NCBI GenBank assembly: GCA_001600815.1
Contig: BCKZ01000027.1
Coordinates: 62,001 to 111,519, forward strand
DNA from: Alloascoidea hylecoeti
Lineage: Eukaryota
Reading direction: 5' to 3'
Length of the DNA stretch: 49,519 nucleotides
The translations under genes and the position numbers were made by a program. How positions within the stretch are numbered: position 1 is the stretch's first letter; each line of letters begins with the position of its first letter. Below the pieces are notes generated by a model. That model had not been told where the DNA came from, did not search any database, and saw nothing but the letters and a program-made list of their open reading frames with translations. Below, piece by piece: positions 45,902 through 49,519 of the stretch.

Positions 45902-48666
45902 ATGACAACACAACCTTCAAAAAGGCAATATGNATGTGTTATTTGTAGAAGACGGCGAGAAAAAGTATGTTTCTCTGTGATAGTTTTCTGATAGAAGCAG
46001 GTACTAATAATCTGAAATATAGTGCAATAAACAGAAACCACACTGTTTACAATGTATAAAGCTTCAGGTCTCTCATCTTTGCATATACCGTAACAAACAG
46101 TCAAAAGAAATAAACCCCGGGGAAACAAAATTGTACCATTTAAATCCGTTAGAAATGGAATTATACGCCCAAAATGCAATACTGAAGAATAAATTGAGAG
46201 TAAAAGAAAAGAGTTAAGACGTATGAAGAGGTCTAGAAAGAATAAGAATTCAAATGATATCAACCAAACAAATTTCAAATATGGGAACTATGATAGCAAT
46301 CCCGAAAATTATGACCCTATAATGGATTTAACCGAAAGAATTAATTCTTTAAATATTGAAAAAGATTATACTTCACACTTTGGTGCAACGAGTAGATTGA
46401 GTATTATAACAAAGGATCCTATTTTGACACAGATTTATTCTTCAATGGATTCCAATATCAATAATGTATCATCTAATTATAAAAAAAAAGAAAACTGAGC
46501 CTGACCCTATTTATGGTCCAACTGTTGAATTACAATCGATTTTAAATCGAATAAATCATATTATTTCTTCGGTAGATCATTGCAATATTATTGTCAAATA
46601 TTATTGGCTTTATTTTGATAGTCTATGGAATGCCATTGATTATGAACCTTTTACTACCGTATTGAAGAATATTAGTCCAATAATAACAGATGATAATGGA
46701 ATTTCACGGTATAAGTTCGGATTTTTAGAATCTCAATTTAAAGATTGTGAGTTAATCAGTCTAGCAACTTTTATGGTTATATTAAGAATTGGATATTTGA
46801 CAATGCCAATTGCATATCAAAAAGAAAACAGTAATAGTTGTTTAGATGAATTTTTTGAACCATTAATAGAAAATAATNTTTCAATTGGGCCCNAATTTAT
46901 AACACTATCACTAAATCTTTTACCTTTTATTGATACAACGACAACAAAACATTTCAGTCTATTGTTACTACAATATTATATTAGTATACGATTCTATCGT
47001 GTATTTGCCCCTGAAGATGGGGATGGTGGGTGACGATGCTAAGGAAAGTGCTATTTTGGTTAGTCACACGACTCATTTAGCTATTGACATGGGCATTAAT
47101 CGAGACCCTGATATTTATGATCCAACTAGAAAAATATTTGATGAAGACTTCAAATATAGATGGAGAAAAACATGGTGTTTCGTAGTTGCAATTGATGTTA
47201 TGCACGCTTCAAACTTGGGTAGGCCACTTCTTTTAAATAAAGATTATATGGACACAAAACAAATACAACAATTTCACATTCTTGATTCATCATTTTATAA
47301 AAATATCCCTTCATCATCTGTAGCTTTCAATATTAAGAAACTTCAAAATAGCGCTGATATGCTCATATATGATCATAGTAAGAATATGGCTATTGGAGTT
47401 TGCACTTGGATGAATTTAAAAGAAAAACCACGAAGGTCATCAGTTGAAAGTATTATTGTTAATCTACTAGAGTCATTGAAGAATAAATTCCCAAGGTTTT
47501 CAGAAACATTTAAGAATTCTTACAAAATTCCTCAAAAATATAATATAAATGATGTATATATTGATAAACCAATTTCAAATAAAAATTTGATTGATAATGA
47601 GGATTTTAAAATGAAGGTTTTATCAAATACTCACATTATAATACAACTTGAATTAAAATGCATTTTGTTATCACAACTTCATATTCATTTCTATTTATTA
47701 TTTTTAAATAGCGATTTAAAAACTGAACCTAATATGTGTCAATATTATCTTTTACAATCGGAAATTTCTGCATGTTTATTATTTTATTGTTGTCTTGGTT
47801 TCTATAACTTAGTTTATACCAATTATGATGAATCAAATAATGATGACGATAATTTTGGAATGGGTGTAGAGGCTAGACATTTAATGTTACCTCAAATTGA
47901 GAAATATTTATATCAGCTTGTTCCATTTATAATCTCAATGATATTGAGAAGTCGAACTAAAGAATTTCAATCGCGATTAAAGTTGTGCAATTTATTTTAA
48001 TCACCACCTTCTATATCTTCTATAACGGTGATGTCTGATATATTAAACGATAACCAACCCAATTGTGATTCTACTAATATATATTCANATTCACCAAAGA
48101 AGTAACCGAATGTTTAAAAAAGCCTTTGATTGAATATTTTAAGGATTATTATAAATTGCTTCTTCAATGTCCTGAAAGAATTGTACAGAATTCTAATGAT
48201 ATTTATACAGTGTGGAATTTATAAAAAAAATGATAATGGATCAGGGATTAACATACCTGACATTCCAATCCCATTTAATCATGAAGGTGAAAAAAGTGTT
48301 GGATATACTACACTCTTGGAACAGTTCACTAAAGAGTCGATTGGATTTTTGGCGCAACAGGGAGAACAGGCACTTTGAACTTTAACAAAAAGTATTGGTA
48401 CTTCCAATGATATAATCAATAATAATTTAATACCAACGGAAAATGAAAATGAAAATGGCAATATTATTATTAACAATACTTTTAATCCCCCAAATGAGAA
48501 TCTAAATCATAGCTACAATCAGAATGCATTTAAAAATCGGCCATGGGCAGTTTCAATGGACGAATTAATGGATAAGGTGATATCACGACTACCGGATTTA
48601 TATGCAGATGATTTATTATATGAGAGTCTTCATTATGATTCAGTAATGGATGATATGCTAGATTAA
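45902..48666 (+). pseudogene. Zn(II)2Cys6 transcription factor (Oaf3/Yrm1-like middle homology region), disrupted
   Basis: Exon 1 45902-45964 (CVICRRRREK), intron 45965-46022 (GTATGT, TACTAAT, TAG), then CNKQKPHCLQCIKLQVSHLCIY. MHR motifs APEDGDGG and AIDMGINRDP...WRKTW. Frameshifts near 46210, 46490, 47030, further breaks at ~48000-48110, in-frame TGA at 48376-48378. Confidence 0.85.
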
Positions 48667-49153
48667 CATTTTAACTGTTCCCGTATGATTAATTTGTATG
48701 TATAAATTTTATGTCAATGAAATTTAATTTAAACCTTTTAGATTAGTCAGAATATTTTTAATATTCAGTGTATCCTGTAACCAAACATATAAATATATTA
48801 ATCATGAAAATGGTCGTTACAATCCAAATATGATTCAGTGATAAATATGGCTTGGAAATATATATTCCAATGTTCAAAAGCTGCTCTACCTCTCCATAAG
48901 GAACTATTCCTGAAATTATACCCTAGTCCCATCCCAATCAAGTAAGAATACCCTCTGGAAGTTTTCATTTGCATAAATATTTAAATATGTTATGTTTTTG
49001 TATTCCACCTTAATAAACAGCTTTTATTATTATCAGGTTTCAATATATTAAAAAACTTTAATCATCACAAGACATGTATGTAAGTTATACTTATAACTTG
49101 ATTTATACATAGGACATTGCATGTGTAGATTATCATTACCGGTATAACCGTAG

Positions 49154-49519
49154 CTATAGTGTATTGCTCCTCCTCTTATGTGCATGTTGAGTGTGCAACT
49201 TATCCATTAGAATCATAAAATCTTCAGGTTTTCTTGTGTCTTTTACCTGACTATTATTAAGCCTTCCAGCATCAAAAATTCCAGACCCTCTCAAACAAGT
49301 AATACACACTACTCATCACACAAAACTCACCAAAGCTGAAAATCCAAACATTTATAATAGTAATAATATTGGTTGGATCACAAAATAATCCAAACTCTGT
49401 AATTAACGAAGCTGAAATAGAAACAATAAAAACTACTAAACCTAATTTCCACAAGAAGTAAAAAAACCAAAATGGGCCATTAGCTCTAGTAAGGAAAATC
49501 AACCAATTTTGGTACAGAG
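49154..49519 (-). pseudogene. 3' end of a diverged plasma-membrane H+-ATPase (Pma1-like) with a frameshift; continues beyond the window
   Basis: LYQNWLIFLTRANGPFW...WKLGLVVFIV...FG...TNIITIINVWIFSFGEFCVMSSVYY matches Pma1 M8-M10 (LTENWLIFITRAAGPFW...). After a 1-nt shift near 49290 the frame reads TRKPEDFMILMDKLHTQH (cf. TRSVEDFMAAMQRVSTQH). Confidence 0.8.

Noticed and set aside
1..49519. tRNA, 5S or other rRNA genes
   Set aside because: No cloverleaf with T-loop (GGTTCRA) and acceptor stem, and no rRNA signature, recognised by eye.

Overview
AT-rich eukaryotic (ascomycete yeast) genomic window with short spliceosomal introns (GTATGT/GTAAGT donors, (T)ACTAAC/T branch points). A conserved Leu encoded by CTG in KAR3 suggests the standard code. 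Mis18, a CIA84-like PPR protein and frequent introns point to an early-diverging Saccharomycotina lineage (inference). Genes in order: PHO4-like bHLH, MIS18, RPB3, DUF1770 protein, SCD6, ANT1, a 5-exon LisH-WD40 protein, RPS23, RRP9, a 3-exon TRI1/UAF30-like DEK-C/SWIB protein, an old-yellow-enzyme family oxidoreductase, a GPI cell-wall protein, a ROX1/RFG1-type HMG factor, SLM3/MTU1, SNF7, KAR3 and a CIA84-like PPR protein. The right end (about 41-49.5 kb) is an accessory/decay zone: a ~1.7-kb tandemly duplicated unit carrying a fast-diverging orphan membrane-protein gene, a broken Zn2Cys6 factor and a frameshifted, diverged PMA1-like H+-ATPase 3' end. Degenerate Ty3/Gypsy fragments lie at ~24.2-24.7 kb and probably in the first 2.6 kb. 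Most intriguing unexplained elements: a structured, ORF-free ~0.7-kb segment between ANT1 and the WD40 gene (candidate ncRNA, possibly telomerase RNA) and the duplicated orphan gene unit. Gene names come from remembered motif similarity; no searches were run.
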